From positions 96,001 through 160,000 of IMG/VR virus record IMGVR_UViG_3300037361_000044: 64,000 nt of DNA, one strand, 5' to 3'. Below are positions 9,571 to 19,018 of this stretch, piece by piece. A program made the position numbers and the translations under genes. Numbering within the stretch: position 1 is the first letter of the stretch; the number at the start of each line of letters is the position of its first letter. The notes under the pieces are model-generated. The model had not been told where the DNA came from, did not search any database, and saw nothing but the letters and a program-made list of their open reading frames with translations. This DNA is from a virus. Lineage: Duplodnaviria; Caudoviricetes.

Positions 9571-11136
9571 ATGGCACGTACATGCATCCGTCAAGACGAA
9601 CAGATCGCACAGTCCGATACGTACAACGACGGAATAGCTCCGTCTCTGGCCAACTTCCAAACCAATGCCGGCAACATTCAGGATGACTTGAACAGCATCC
9701 GGTCTGACCTGTCCTACTTGAAGGACCAGCAGGTTGGCAACTGGTACGACACGCTGCTGTCTCCGACTACCTTCGAGTCCGGTACCACCCGCGGCGTCGA
9801 CAATCTGAACCAAGACCTGCACGACCTGGAGCGGAAGCGTATTCTTCGCTACTCCACGGCCTTGACCGACATCACCGTACCCAACACACAGAACTACGTG
9901 GTGATTGGGTCTGGGGCGCTGCCGGGTAACGTCATCGCTGCAATCGGGACCGTGACCACGCTAGGTACCGTGGTGGCCACGAACGCCACGTTCGGCGCGC
10001 ACTCCTTGGCTGCGGTTGGTGGAGCATCTACAATCAGTCCAAAGAACTTGGTTGGGGTGGTTGACGGAAGCACAAGAGACCCCATCTTGGATGCGTCTGG
10101 GCGGCGTATCTACGGTCTAGCTCAGTCGGAAAGTGCCACGAATGGGTCTACCATTACGATCACTACGCCCAACCGGGTGCAGGTCTCCTTTGTTGTTCTA
10201 AGCGCCACCGGCGACTCTCTGATCGCTTGTGCCGCCTCGGACATTCAGAACAAGACCGTCAACATTCACTGGGTCGAGCGCGTGTACTTGCTCGGTCTTA
10301 CCGAGCAGGACTTCTTGCGCGGCGCGGCGGTGGATGTGCCGAGTTCTACGACGGTTAGCCGTCAGGTGGCATACGACAACCAGGGAACGACCCCGGTGGA
10401 GTTGACCACGCATGCATCGCTAGACTTGAACGCTGCCGGGGTTTACTGGGAGATTCGAGACCTAGCAAACGCCACCCTTCTGCGCGTGACAGAGGGGTCT
10501 ACTGGAGGAACTACGGTCCTTCAGGTCGCCAGCGATGTCGACACGTTCGACGTGAACGCCATCGTGAATGACTTCAACGCAGGCATCCATGCCCGTACCG
10601 GTGGTACGCGGCCAATCGACATTGGGATCAATGATGGCGTTATCGAATCGACTGCGGGCGATCTGCGCATTCTTGGCGCTGGTGAGCTCTACCTCGACGA
10701 CGGCAATCAGACCGGCTCGACGTGGGCACAGACCTCTGGCATCAAGCTGTCGGACACGACCGCGGAGTGGGATACTTTCGAGACCAACTTCGGTGAGGTC
10801 TCGTTGCTCAACGCGATCAACCAGGCCTACAACTCGACCACCCACAATAAGGTCTACGCCGTCGTCACGGCTAACGTACTAGCCAACGTGGACGTGTCGG
10901 GCCCGACCACAGACAACAACCTGGATGTGGACCTAGGGAACCTGAGCGTAGGCTCGTTCATCAACGATTACGACTTGTACCTGAATGGCGTCTTGCTCCG
11001 CGCTGGGGCGAACGCCGCGGCGAACCACGACTACTACCCGGGGACCTCTTTGGCCCTTGGGCAGCTCAAGTTCGAGTTCGCCCTCAAGGGCACGGGCACC
11101 AAGCCCGACCAGCTCACCCTGGTGAAGTACCGGTAA
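9571..11136 (+). CDS. Virion structural protein
   Basis: 521-aa T/G/N-rich ORF with a C-terminal YLNGVLL motif. Confidence 0.55.
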   Translation: MARTCIRQDEQIAQSDTYNDGIAPSLANFQTNAGNIQDDLNSIRSDLSYLKDQQVGNWYDTLLSPTTFESGTTRGVDNLNQDLHDLERKRILRYSTALTDITVPNTQNYVVIGSGALPGNVIAAIGTVTTLGTVVATNATFGAHSLAAVGGASTISPKNLVGVVDGSTRDPILDASGRRIYGLAQSESATNGSTITITTPNRVQVSFVVLSATGDSLIACAASDIQNKTVNIHWVERVYLLGLTEQDFLRGAAVDVPSSTTVSRQVAYDNQGTTPVELTTHASLDLNAAGVYWEIRDLANATLLRVTEGSTGGTTVLQVASDVDTFDVNAIVNDFNAGIHARTGGTRPIDIGINDGVIESTAGDLRILGAGELYLDDGNQTGSTWAQTSGIKLSDTTAEWDTFETNFGEVSLLNAINQAYNSTTHNKVYAVVTANVLANVDVSGPTTDNNLDVDLGNLSVGSFINDYDLYLNGVLLRAGANAAANHDYYPGTSLALGQLKFEFALKGTGTKPDQLTLVKYR

Positions 11137-11160
11137 TTTCCGGGTACTGGGTAGTACATG

Positions 11161-11190
11161 AAGGCCGGGACCCCACAGGTCTCGGCCTTT
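11161..11190 (+). terminator. Stem-loop terminator candidate
   Basis: AAGGCCGGGACC-CCACA-GGTCTCGGCCTT followed by a short T-tract. Confidence 0.5.
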
Positions 11191-11191
11191 C

Positions 11192-11200
11192 TGGTATAGG
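11192..11200 (+). promoter_or_regulatory. Extended -10-like element (TGGTATAGG), possibly leaderless
   Basis: Ends 6 nt before ATG 11207; no obvious SD. Confidence 0.35.
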
Positions 11201-11206
11201 TGGCAC

Positions 11207-11803
11207 ATGTCTACACTTGAGAAGGCTGAAGTCAAAAAGCTCACCGCTATCAACATCGGCGCCGGCATCGAGGATATGCAGGAGCAGGCCCGTACCGCAG
11301 AGAAGATGCACCAGGGTGGCCACCTCATACTGAAGGAAGCCATTGGCAAGATTGCCGCGCTGACGGATGTTCTGCGCTCGGAGTTCATCGAGGGCGTCAT
11401 CAAACCAGCGGACATCGAGTCTCCGGAGAAGGTTGAAGCCCTGGTACGGAGGTACATAGCCCGATCTCAGAACATCGTGGACAACATGCGCATGGGCGAG
11501 GTGAACGCCCAGATTGCGGCAGCTGCGGCCGCCCAAGCCTATGGCAAGGCCATGACCGTGGTTACGAAGGTTGTGGCGGAGGAGCAGCGCAAGATCGATG
11601 CGGTGATGTCCCCGGAGCAGCCTGTGGAAGAGGACCGTCCTCAGGCCCGCGCGGTAGGCCAGCACCCCGGGGATCCCCTCGCTGACCGCCGTGTTGCGCC
11701 AAAAAGCCCCGAGGAGGGTATCCTAGGAGGGAAGGCTCCTACGGTTCCCCCTGCCAGTGGGAAGGCCCTGAAGCCCCCGAAGAAAGGTCCGGCGCGTGGT
11801 TAG
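11207..11803 (+). CDS. Hypothetical helical protein
   Basis: 198-aa ORF that fits the operon packing. Confidence 0.55.
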   Translation: MSTLEKAEVKKLTAINIGAGIEDMQEQARTAEKMHQGGHLILKEAIGKIAALTDVLRSEFIEGVIKPADIESPEKVEALVRRYIARSQNIVDNMRMGEVNAQIAAAAAAQAYGKAMTVVTKVVAEEQRKIDAVMSPEQPVEEDRPQARAVGQHPGDPLADRRVAPKSPEEGILGGKAPTVPPASGKALKPPKKGPARG

Positions 11804-12095
11804 GACTGCAGACAGATTTCCCGGTGAGCGCGAAGACGAAGGGATGGTCCTTTCGGACGAGGGCGTTGGCACATCCCAGGAAGGGGAAGTCAGGTACCAT
11901 GCTGGGTCTTTCCAGATGCAGGACGCCATAGGGGCGTTCAATCCACGCAGTAGCGGCAGCAGCTACACGGCAACACGCCGGGGTCAGATTCTGTTCTCAT
12001 TGGATGCCTCGACGTTTGTGCCGGCGAACCCAGTGGTGGACGACGTGGGCGACATCGTAACCGACGACACTTACGAGATGGTGGTGGAGACCTAA
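11796..12095 (+). CDS. Hypothetical virion protein
   Basis: Overlaps the previous stop and abuts the next ATG. Confidence 0.55.
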   Translation: MVRTADRFPGEREDEGMVLSDEGVGTSQEGEVRYHAGSFQMQDAIGAFNPRSSGSSYTATRRGQILFSLDASTFVPANPVVDDVGDIVTDDTYEMVVET

Positions 12096-14798
12096 ATGCG
12101 ACATTCCAAGCTCACAGCTACCGAAGGCATCCACACCGTCATTGCGTACACCTACGCTGACGCCGCGGCACGTACAGGGGCCACGGGCTTCACCGTCGAG
12201 GATGCGGGTAAGTTCGCCAAGCAGCTGGACAACGGCACCATCTGGATGCTGACGGCGTATTCACCGGTTACCTGGGCGTCCGGGGCAGGCTCGTCGGCGC
12301 CGTTGGCGCATGCTTCCACCCATCTCCCCGGGGGTTCCGACGCGCTGACATACGCAACCCCCTCGGACATTGGGACAGCCAATGCCGCGGGAACAGGCAT
12401 CAACACCGCGCGCGGCGACCACGTGCACAACCTGCCCTTCAGTGTGGTGCAGACGGTACTGGGTGGCTCCACGGGGTCGGTGGGCTTCAACTCCCAGAAG
12501 CTCACCAATGTGCTGGATCCCACCGCAGCGCAGGACGCTGCCACGAAGGCCTATGTCGACGCGTTGTCGCAGGGGTTGGATACGAAGGGCAGCGTAGTCG
12601 CTGTATCCACTAGCAACATCGCGTCGCTGTCGGGACTGGCCACCACCGTGGATGGCGTCCTGCTGAACACTGACAGTTGGCGTGTGCTGCTGGCGGGGCA
12701 GTCAACCGCCTCCCAGAACGGCATCTACCTGGTGCACTCTGGGGCATGGACGCGGTCGGCGGACATGGCCGCAGGCAGTGACGCAGCCGGAAACTACTGC
12801 TTTGTAGAACAGGGAACCTCCTACGCAGACAGCGGCTGGGTCTGCACCACGAATACTGGTAGTGCTGTCGTCGGCACCAACAGCCTGGCCTTCACCCAGT
12901 TCAGTGGTGCCGGGCAAATCACAGCCGGCGCCGGCATGACGAAGACCGGCAACACGCTGAATGTGATTGCCAATGCTGATGGCTCCATCGTCGTCAACGT
13001 CGACGACATTCAGGTTGGCGTAATCACGAACACGCAGCATGGTAGCCGCGGCAACGGGACGTTGCACACGGTTGCTACATCTACCGCAGCTGGCTTCATG
13101 CCACAGTCGAACTTCTCGGCGACGGTAGATCCCGCAGTAGGTAACGACAACACGCAGGGCTACGTAGCGGGGTCTATCTGGCATAACGCGACGGCGGGCA
13201 CTGTGTGGCATGCCATCAGCGTAGCCACGGGTGCTGCCGTGTGGAAGAAGCTCATCACCACCAGTATGGGTTTCGTCAATGGCGGCGAGGCTGGTGGTGC
13301 CGCCAGGACGCTGGGAAACACCGACGCCTACTCTCTGGCGTTCTTGACCAATAACCTGCAGCGTCTTCTCATCAACTCGGATGGGTCGATGCTGGTCACG
13401 GCTAGTACCGCAGCCAGCACAGCCTTCGCCATCAAGGCAGCCGCCGCACAAACAGGCGACCTCTTGATGTTCCAGAACTCCTCTGGAACAGAGATGTCCT
13501 GTATCACAGCTGCGGGGTGGCTCAATATCGCAGGCAGTACAAACCCGTTCCCCACGTCTCCGCTATTCGTTTCTCTGGCTACGAACTCGTACCTGCAGTT
13601 GGTTGCGCAGAACACCAGCACAGGAACCTCGGCCAGCTCCGACTTTGTAGCCACTGCCGACAACGGTTCCGACACCACAAACTTTGTAGACCTGGGAATC
13701 AACGGGTCTGCCTACAACCAGGCCGCGTACAACATAGGTGCGGCAGACGACGCGTATCTGTTGGCGGTAGGCGGGCACTTAGCTGTAGGCACAGGTACAG
13801 CTACAAAGACCATCAAGTTTCATACGGGAGGGACCACAACCACCCAACTGCGCGCCACCATCACGGATACGGCGCTGGTGATGAACACGCTCCCCATTCA
13901 GGGGGTTGTGGACCCAACTAACGCCCAGGATGCTGCCACAAAGGCGTACGTGGACGCCAACGCTGGTGGCAACATCGGGTACAAGCTGGTGGTAGCCGTG
14001 GCCACCACGGCGAATATCACGCTGTCTGGGACGCAGACTATCGATGGGGTGGCCGTAGCTGCAAACAACCGTGTGCTGGTGAAGAACCAGACAGCGGGTG
14101 CCGACAACGGCATCTACGTGTGCTCGGCAAGCACCTGGTCACGCGCGACGGACTTGAGCACAAGCGCCGAGTGTGACATCGGCGCTATCGTAGTGGTACG
14201 CAAAGGTACTGTCAACGCAGGCACCGAGTGGCTGTTAGCTACGCAGCCAGCGATTACATTGGGGTCTACGGCACTTTCATTTGTGCCGCTCACGTACGTA
14301 CCACTGGCTCGCCAGCAGTTCTCGGCCCCAGACTTCGATGACCCCGGGACGGACTGGTCCGTAGTGTACGCTGCGGGGCTTACAGCGGACTCGGTAAACG
14401 CGGCGGTCATGGTCCGCAGGTTCGACGACACAACGCAAGAGGGTGTCGGCTGGTCTGTGCTGATCCCAGCGGCAGCGACTCAGGTACGCTTCACGTTCAT
14501 GAGCAAGGCGTACGGCTCGCCCTCGGCGCCAGACCGTACGGTAGGTATTGCCCTGAAGAAGCGGGAGGTCCCCAACAATGCTTCTCTTGGGGCCTGGGCT
14601 TCTTCCACCTTGTCTGACTTGACGATCACGCAGGACGTGTACTTCCATCGAGCGTCGCAGACCGTAAGCCTCTCTACGCTCAGCTTGACGGCAGACCGCG
14701 TGTACCAGCTAGAGCTGGTTCGGCAAGGGCCCTCGGCAGGCACCGGCCTTGTTGGCGACTGGTGTCTGACCATGCTGCTGGTCGAGTGGCTACCGTGA
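12096..14798 (+). CDS. Tail fibre protein
   Basis: Two DPT.AQDAATKAYVD neck repeats, each followed by a T.NI.LSG..T.DGV...RVL...Q...NGIY domain. Confidence 0.75.
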   Translation: MRHSKLTATEGIHTVIAYTYADAAARTGATGFTVEDAGKFAKQLDNGTIWMLTAYSPVTWASGAGSSAPLAHASTHLPGGSDALTYATPSDIGTANAAGTGINTARGDHVHNLPFSVVQTVLGGSTGSVGFNSQKLTNVLDPTAAQDAATKAYVDALSQGLDTKGSVVAVSTSNIASLSGLATTVDGVLLNTDSWRVLLAGQSTASQNGIYLVHSGAWTRSADMAAGSDAAGNYCFVEQGTSYADSGWVCTTNTGSAVVGTNSLAFTQFSGAGQITAGAGMTKTGNTLNVIANADGSIVVNVDDIQVGVITNTQHGSRGNGTLHTVATSTAAGFMPQSNFSATVDPAVGNDNTQGYVAGSIWHNATAGTVWHAISVATGAAVWKKLITTSMGFVNGGEAGGAARTLGNTDAYSLAFLTNNLQRLLINSDGSMLVTASTAASTAFAIKAAAAQTGDLLMFQNSSGTEMSCITAAGWLNIAGSTNPFPTSPLFVSLATNSYLQLVAQNTSTGTSASSDFVATADNGSDTTNFVDLGINGSAYNQAAYNIGAADDAYLLAVGGHLAVGTGTATKTIKFHTGGTTTTQLRATITDTALVMNTLPIQGVVDPTNAQDAATKAYVDANAGGNIGYKLVVAVATTANITLSGTQTIDGVAVAANNRVLVKNQTAGADNGIYVCSASTWSRATDLSTSAECDIGAIVVVRKGTVNAGTEWLLATQPAITLGSTALSFVPLTYVPLARQQFSAPDFDDPGTDWSVVYAAGLTADSVNAAVMVRRFDDTTQEGVGWSVLIPAAATQVRFTFMSKAYGSPSAPDRTVGIALKKREVPNNASLGAWASSTLSDLTITQDVYFHRASQTVSLSTLSLTADRVYQLELVRQGPSAGTGLVGDWCLTMLLVEWLP

Positions 14799-14805
14799 GG
14801 TCCCT

Positions 14806-15510
14806 ATGGCAATGAACTTCGTAGGATCGAGTTCTCAGCGGCTGACTTTGAGTAGCTCGCTATCAACGTTTCAGAATGTGACTGGCGGTACCATCATGTG
14901 CTGGGTGAACCTGCAAGGCACGCTGCCTACCACGGAGACCGTCATCTACTTATACTCGGTGAATGGGTCCGGAAGCGCCCGGTTTTCGGTGTCCTTCCGT
15001 GGGCAACTTACGAAGTTTCGGGCCTCAGCGCGCCGGCTAGATGCGGACTCCGCCACCACAGTGGACGGTACAACCACGGTCGTAGCCGGAACCTTGTACC
15101 ACATCTGTGCGGTGGCAGAGTTCAACAATACAGCTCTGCGCCTGTACGTGAACGGGGTGCAGGAGAACTCAGCTACCATTGCGGGGTGGACCGCGGCCAC
15201 GTCGAACACGGCATCTACGTCCGCCTACGTGGCTTCGAATTCAACCGGCAGCTACTTCACTGGGCTCGTGACTGATGTGCGCTCTTACTCTAGGGCACTG
15301 ACCGCACAGGAGGTATTGAACGTGTACGGGGGCCGTGGCAGGGACTCGGTAGTCCTCAGCATGCAAGACCGCTGGAAGATGGCAGGGGACCCACCCGGTA
15401 ATAACGGAACTCCGCAGTCTATAGGGTTGCTGCAGGCGTGGGCGTCCCAGACGAACAACCCACTGTACGCAGAGAACATGGGAATCTCTTCGCGTCGAAG
15501 GAGCATGTAA
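14806..15510 (+). CDS. LamG/concanavalin-like domain virion protein
   Basis: TIMCWV, YHICAV, LRLYVNG, FTGLVTDVRSYSRALTAQEV. Confidence 0.8.
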   Translation: MAMNFVGSSSQRLTLSSSLSTFQNVTGGTIMCWVNLQGTLPTTETVIYLYSVNGSGSARFSVSFRGQLTKFRASARRLDADSATTVDGTTTVVAGTLYHICAVAEFNNTALRLYVNGVQENSATIAGWTAATSNTASTSAYVASNSTGSYFTGLVTDVRSYSRALTAQEVLNVYGGRGRDSVVLSMQDRWKMAGDPPGNNGTPQSIGLLQAWASQTNNPLYAENMGISSRRRSM

Positions 15511-16103
15511 TGTCGGATGTAGTCCACAGAGTATCCAAGCAGCTGCTGCGCAGCGTGAACACCCCAGACTACCCAGCAGCGGAGTGGCTCATCAACCCAG
15601 ACCTGACCCTACTGGAGACGGTGCCCCTGCAGTACCTCAAGGTGACCGGGGATACCCTGGCGGAGATGACTGCGGAGGAGAAGCTAGCTGTCGATTACGG
15701 CACGCTCGAGCAGGCACGCGCGCGGTATCTCAACATGGTGGACTCCGTGTGCGAAGCACGCATCATGTACGGGGATGGCGTCGAGATCCTGGGCTCCGGC
15801 AAGAAGGTTTCGACCAGCCTTAGTGCACAAATCAAGTGGATGGGCTGGTGCACAATCATCGACCAGTGGGAGGCACTAGGGAACTCATTTCCCTTCCGAG
15901 TCCGCACCAAGTGGGATGACGACTACATTGAGATTCCGAACGCAGCTGCCGTAAAGGAAGCCTACGGGACCATCGTGAACTTCATCACAAGCACGCTGCA
16001 GGAAGCAGAGGTGGTGAAGTCCACCATACAAACCTCCATGTCGATTAACAGCATTCTCGAGGCGGCAGCGCCGTACCTGGCTACCGCTCCGGAGGCTGCA
16101 TGA
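15510..16103 (+). CDS. Tail-fibre-associated (assembly/DUF4376-like) protein
   Basis: TAATG coupling; follows the fibre genes. Confidence 0.45.
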   Translation: MSDVVHRVSKQLLRSVNTPDYPAAEWLINPDLTLLETVPLQYLKVTGDTLAEMTAEEKLAVDYGTLEQARARYLNMVDSVCEARIMYGDGVEILGSGKKVSTSLSAQIKWMGWCTIIDQWEALGNSFPFRVRTKWDDDYIEIPNAAAVKEAYGTIVNFITSTLQEAEVVKSTIQTSMSINSILEAAAPYLATAPEAA

Positions 16104-16645
16104 GTGGCATCGCCATCACCGTAGAGAAGCAGATCACTGCTTTCCCGCTGTCCTTGAATTTGCAGCAGGAGGGAGTGGGCGGCATTTCCGGGCAGAGCCC
16201 GACGGTGAAGGTGCGCCGAGGGAACACGACGAATAGCTACCTGGACTTCGCGGACAACGCCTTCAAGACCTCCGGTTGGGCCTTGAAGGAAGCCACAATG
16301 CAGGAGGTTGGGGACGGGAACTACCAGAGGAGCTTGGACATTGCCGCGCTGGCGGTTGCCAAGGACGATGTACTGGTGGCCGAGTACCACGTCGATGACG
16401 GCGGTGACGTGGTTGGCTCAGCCCTGGACCTGCTCATCGTCACGGAGTTTGGGTTCGACCTGGCCTTTGTGCGCAAGTCCGTGACCAATCGCATGGCCAC
16501 CTTTGCGGGCACGCCAGGCGTCTTGCTGCTCTTCGACGACGACGATTCCACCGTGATCGGGCGTTGGGAGCTGAGGGACTCAGCCGACGGCGGCATCATC
16601 GCCACTGTGGCATCACCGGCCAAGAGGGGTAAGAATCAGGTATGA
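16100..16645 (+). CDS. Hypothetical virion protein
   Basis: ATGA coupling; MQEVGDGNYQR and LFDDDD.T motifs. Confidence 0.55.
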   Translation: MSGIAITVEKQITAFPLSLNLQQEGVGGISGQSPTVKVRRGNTTNSYLDFADNAFKTSGWALKEATMQEVGDGNYQRSLDIAALAVAKDDVLVAEYHVDDGGDVVGSALDLLIVTEFGFDLAFVRKSVTNRMATFAGTPGVLLLFDDDDSTVIGRWELRDSADGGIIATVASPAKRGKNQV

Positions 16646-16872
16646 ACACCAGGCCTGACAACCTCTCCGCGGGCTTCTTCCTGGGCTTTGGCTGCCTGAA
16701 GCTTACGCGGGGACTGGGGCCGTGCTCGGGCGTGCCCATTGTGGAGTCCGCCGTTGCCCACGCTAAGGATGGCGGCCCAGGCCCCCACGCCAGGGCTACC
16801 GTACCTGACCACCCTCAGGTACTTGGGGTCGACGTGAGCGGGCGTAGCGCCAAGAAGTGCAGCGACGAATAG
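16642..16872 (+). CDS. Small hypothetical protein
   Basis: ATGA coupling; last gene before the convergent junction. Confidence 0.45.
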   Translation: MNTRPDNLSAGFFLGFGCLKLTRGLGPCSGVPIVESAVAHAKDGGPGPHARATVPDHPQVLGVDVSGRSAKKCSDE

Positions 16873-16905
16873 GGGGCTAAGAAAAAGCAGGTTGTCCTGC
16901 TCTTT
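16870..16905 (-). terminator. Convergent-junction terminator: hairpin + TAGGGGGCTA motif
   Basis: TAGGGGGCTAAGAAAA-AGCAGG-TTGT-CCTGCT. Confidence 0.6.
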
Positions 16906-16912
16906 CCCATGG

Positions 16913-17104
16913 TCACCCTGCGGCGACCATGTTCGAACGTGCCCGCGACTGGCGCACTACTTCCAGTAGGCACGCTAGGAGATACTTGGGGCGGCTTTGT
17001 ATCGGCAAGTGCTTGGTGTCCCATGCTGTGCTCACATGGCCACATCCAGTGCATTGCCAAACAGCGCCGTCCCGGTGAATCTCCCCTTTACAGATCGTAC
17101 TCAT
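16913..17104 (-). CDS. Small Cys-rich (zinc-ribbon) protein
   Basis: MSTICKG...WQCTGCGH. Confidence 0.45.
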   Translation of the reverse strand: MSTICKGEIHRDGAVWQCTGCGHVSTAWDTKHLPIQSRPKYLLACLLEVVRQSRARSNMVAAG

Positions 17105-17150
17105 TGTAACCTTTCCGCACAACCTGAGTACGTTCTCGGGCCAGTACAAG

Positions 17151-17345
17151 TCACACCAACTCGCACTGTCGAACTCGTTGCTTCAGCAAATCGAGACTAG
17201 GGTCATCTTGAACCAACACGCCCAGCTGCATAGCCAGGCCCCGTAACCGCGTGTACGAGAGGGAGTTCAGGAAGCTCTCGCTCACTTCAATCACGTCACG
17301 GGGCCCCACTCTAGTGCAGTTCGGCCAGGTCTCGATCTCTACTAT
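17151..17345 (-). CDS. Start-less ORF, probable -1 frameshift extension of 17342..18205
   Basis: IVEIETWPNC...LNSLSYTRLRGLAMQLGV...ELV* lies in the -1 frame directly after the slippery G GGA AAA. Confidence 0.55.
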   Translation of the reverse strand: MVEIETWPNCTRVGPRDVIEVSESFLNSLSYTRLRGLAMQLGVLVQDDPSLDLLKQRVRQCELV

Positions 17346-18205
17346 TTTCCCTTGTTGACCTTGACCTTGGTGCCCTTGGGCTTGGCCGCAGGTACCTCCT
17401 CAGCCGGGTCGGCGCTGATGAATTGAGCGATCACGTTCTCCGTGGCGTTCAGCTCCTCCATAGCAATCTGGATGACGTCCGCCGCGTTGGCACCCAGTGC
17501 CTGCTCCGCAACCTTCAGGGATACGCTCGTTCCAATCGCCGTGTGTCGGTAGCCAAGAACGATGGAGTCTTGCAGTGCGGCCATGTTGTCGGCCAGCCCT
17601 TGAACCACACCAGCGATGTCATTCACGGTCTTCTGCAGACTCTGAACTACACCGAGAAGCTGAGCACCAGCTTGCGGTGCCGCTGCAGCAGTAGCTGGGT
17701 TACGCAGTGGGGCGGCAGCTGTGGCTGTTGCTGGCGTGCGTTGAGCAGCCGGGGCAGCCTTGGGGGCAGCCACAGGAGCGCGTGCTGGGACCCCACCGGT
17801 GGTGCGGCGCACGGGAGGCGGAGGAGGTGCTTCCTCTTCCTCGTCGTCGACCTCTTCCTCGGTCTCCTCGTCAACTTCTTCCTCGTCAACTTCCTCTTCC
17901 TCCTCTTCTTCCTCGGGAGGCGGGGCCTTCTTGGCCTTGTTGTTCACGGGGGTGCGCGCAGGAGCAGCGGGAGCTGCCGTGCCCTTCTTGGCCTTCTTGC
18001 CGCCGCGTGCCTCGATAAGCGCATCGCTGACTTGTTGGCACTGCGCCGCAAAGTCCTGGGCTAAGAAAGCAGTGCGGGCAGCTTCGTCGGCACCATCGAA
18101 GATACCAAGCTTCTGGGCAAGCACACGTACGTTGAATCGGCCGATGGTGGCGAGTTCAGCTGGATCGGTAGGGGCGGTTTCAATGGAGGCGGGGGTAACA
18201 GTCAT
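17342..18205 (-). CDS. Low-complexity protein with acidic tract and Ala/Pro/Lys linkers
   Basis: ATG 18205 after AAGGAAAACGAG; EEEEEEEEVDEEEVDEETEEE tract; ends GGA AAA TAG. Confidence 0.65.
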   Translation of the reverse strand: MTVTPASIETAPTDPAELATIGRFNVRVLAQKLGIFDGADEAARTAFLAQDFAAQCQQVSDALIEARGGKKAKKGTAAPAAPARTPVNNKAKKAPPPEEEEEEEEVDEEEVDEETEEEVDDEEEEAPPPPPVRRTTGGVPARAPVAAPKAAPAAQRTPATATAAAPLRNPATAAAAPQAGAQLLGVVQSLQKTVNDIAGVVQGLADNMAALQDSIVLGYRHTAIGTSVSLKVAEQALGANAADVIQIAMEELNATENVIAQFISADPAEEVPAAKPKGTKVKVNKGK

Positions 18206-18594
18206 GGTGTTCTCGTTTTCCTTATCAGTCGATGTTTTTGAACGAAGGGTTCGTTCCCGTGCAGGTCGATAATACATGCAATTACTTGCATGTCGGTACA
18301 ACCGAAGCACGGTCTAGGGTTGGGGGTTACTTTGTCCTTCAAGTGCCTTGCAGGGCAAGTGATTTGTGTTTCTATCTTCTTCCAGTGTTCGTGGAAGAAC
18401 GCGATGAACGCGTTCCGCCAGCCGTGCAGTACATGGTCCTCTTCCGTGTACGGCGGGGGCTCCTTCCAGCCCTCCAGGTAGGCAATCATGCATTCCGTCG
18501 CCTCGTTTGGCCTGACTAGGATGCCTGCCCTAATACATGTCTGGTAGAGCTCGGTGCGGTTGAACCTGTCATAGACTGAGGTTGAGCGCGTCAA
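18202..18594 (-). CDS. Hypothetical Cys-containing protein
   Basis: TTG start 9 nt after AAGGAGG; CP...CFGC....C motif. Confidence 0.55.
   Translation of the reverse strand: MTRSTSVYDRFNRTELYQTCIRAGILVRPNEATECMIAYLEGWKEPPPYTEEDHVLHGWRNAFIAFFHEHWKKIETQITCPARHLKDKVTPNPRPCFGCTDMQVIACIIDLHGNEPFVQKHRLIRKTRTP
18221..18230 (-). promoter_or_regulatory. GATAAG-type motif (GACTGATAAG)
   Basis: Same core as four other - strand upstream sites; could partly be the SD. Confidence 0.3.
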
Positions 18595-19018
18595 GTGGCG
18601 ATCCCTCCTTCTCGACGTCCCAGATCCAGATGTCCGTCTGCTCCTTCGGCCCCTGCACGGAGACGCCACCTATCGCATGGAAGTGTGAGTCGTCCACTGA
18701 CGTCACTTCGGCCAGTACATCTTCCAGCAACTTGAAGCGATTGGTGGTGTCAGCGTGCTTATACCTGGCCGCAGCGCTTTTTGGCCAGGTCACATTTAGC
18801 AGGTCTGTGAGGGTAAACCTGTAGAAAAGGCTGTAGGGACGGTTTGGCACCATCCCCTGAAGCACGAAGGCGTACTTCTTGGTCAGGTGGGCCGTGGCCT
18901 CGTTCTTGAACTTCCTTCCCTCCTTAGTAAGGTACCGCTTGGTACCCTTTGCCAGCTTGACGGTACCGTAGGCGTGGTTGGTGGAGACGGGGAGCATCGG
19001 AAGCACAAGGTGCCTCAT
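18569..19018 (-). CDS. rusA: RusA-family Holliday junction resolvase
   Basis: PVSTNHAY N-terminus and D.TN..K...D.L.....DDS motif. Confidence 0.7.
   Translation of the reverse strand: MRHLVLPMLPVSTNHAYGTVKLAKGTKRYLTKEGRKFKNEATAHLTKKYAFVLQGMVPNRPYSLFYRFTLTDLLNVTWPKSAAARYKHADTTNRFKLLEDVLAEVTSVDDSHFHAIGGVSVQGPKEQTDIWIWDVEKEGSPLDALNLSL

Noticed and set aside
3962-15510. Diversity-generating retroelement or invertible fibre cassette
   Set aside because: No reverse transcriptase, invertase or near-identical TR/VR pair was noticed; a computational repeat search would be needed to exclude it fully.
17830-17915. Short tandem repeats (TCCTCGTCAACTTC) as an array
   Set aside because: They simply encode the Glu/Asp tract of the - strand protein.
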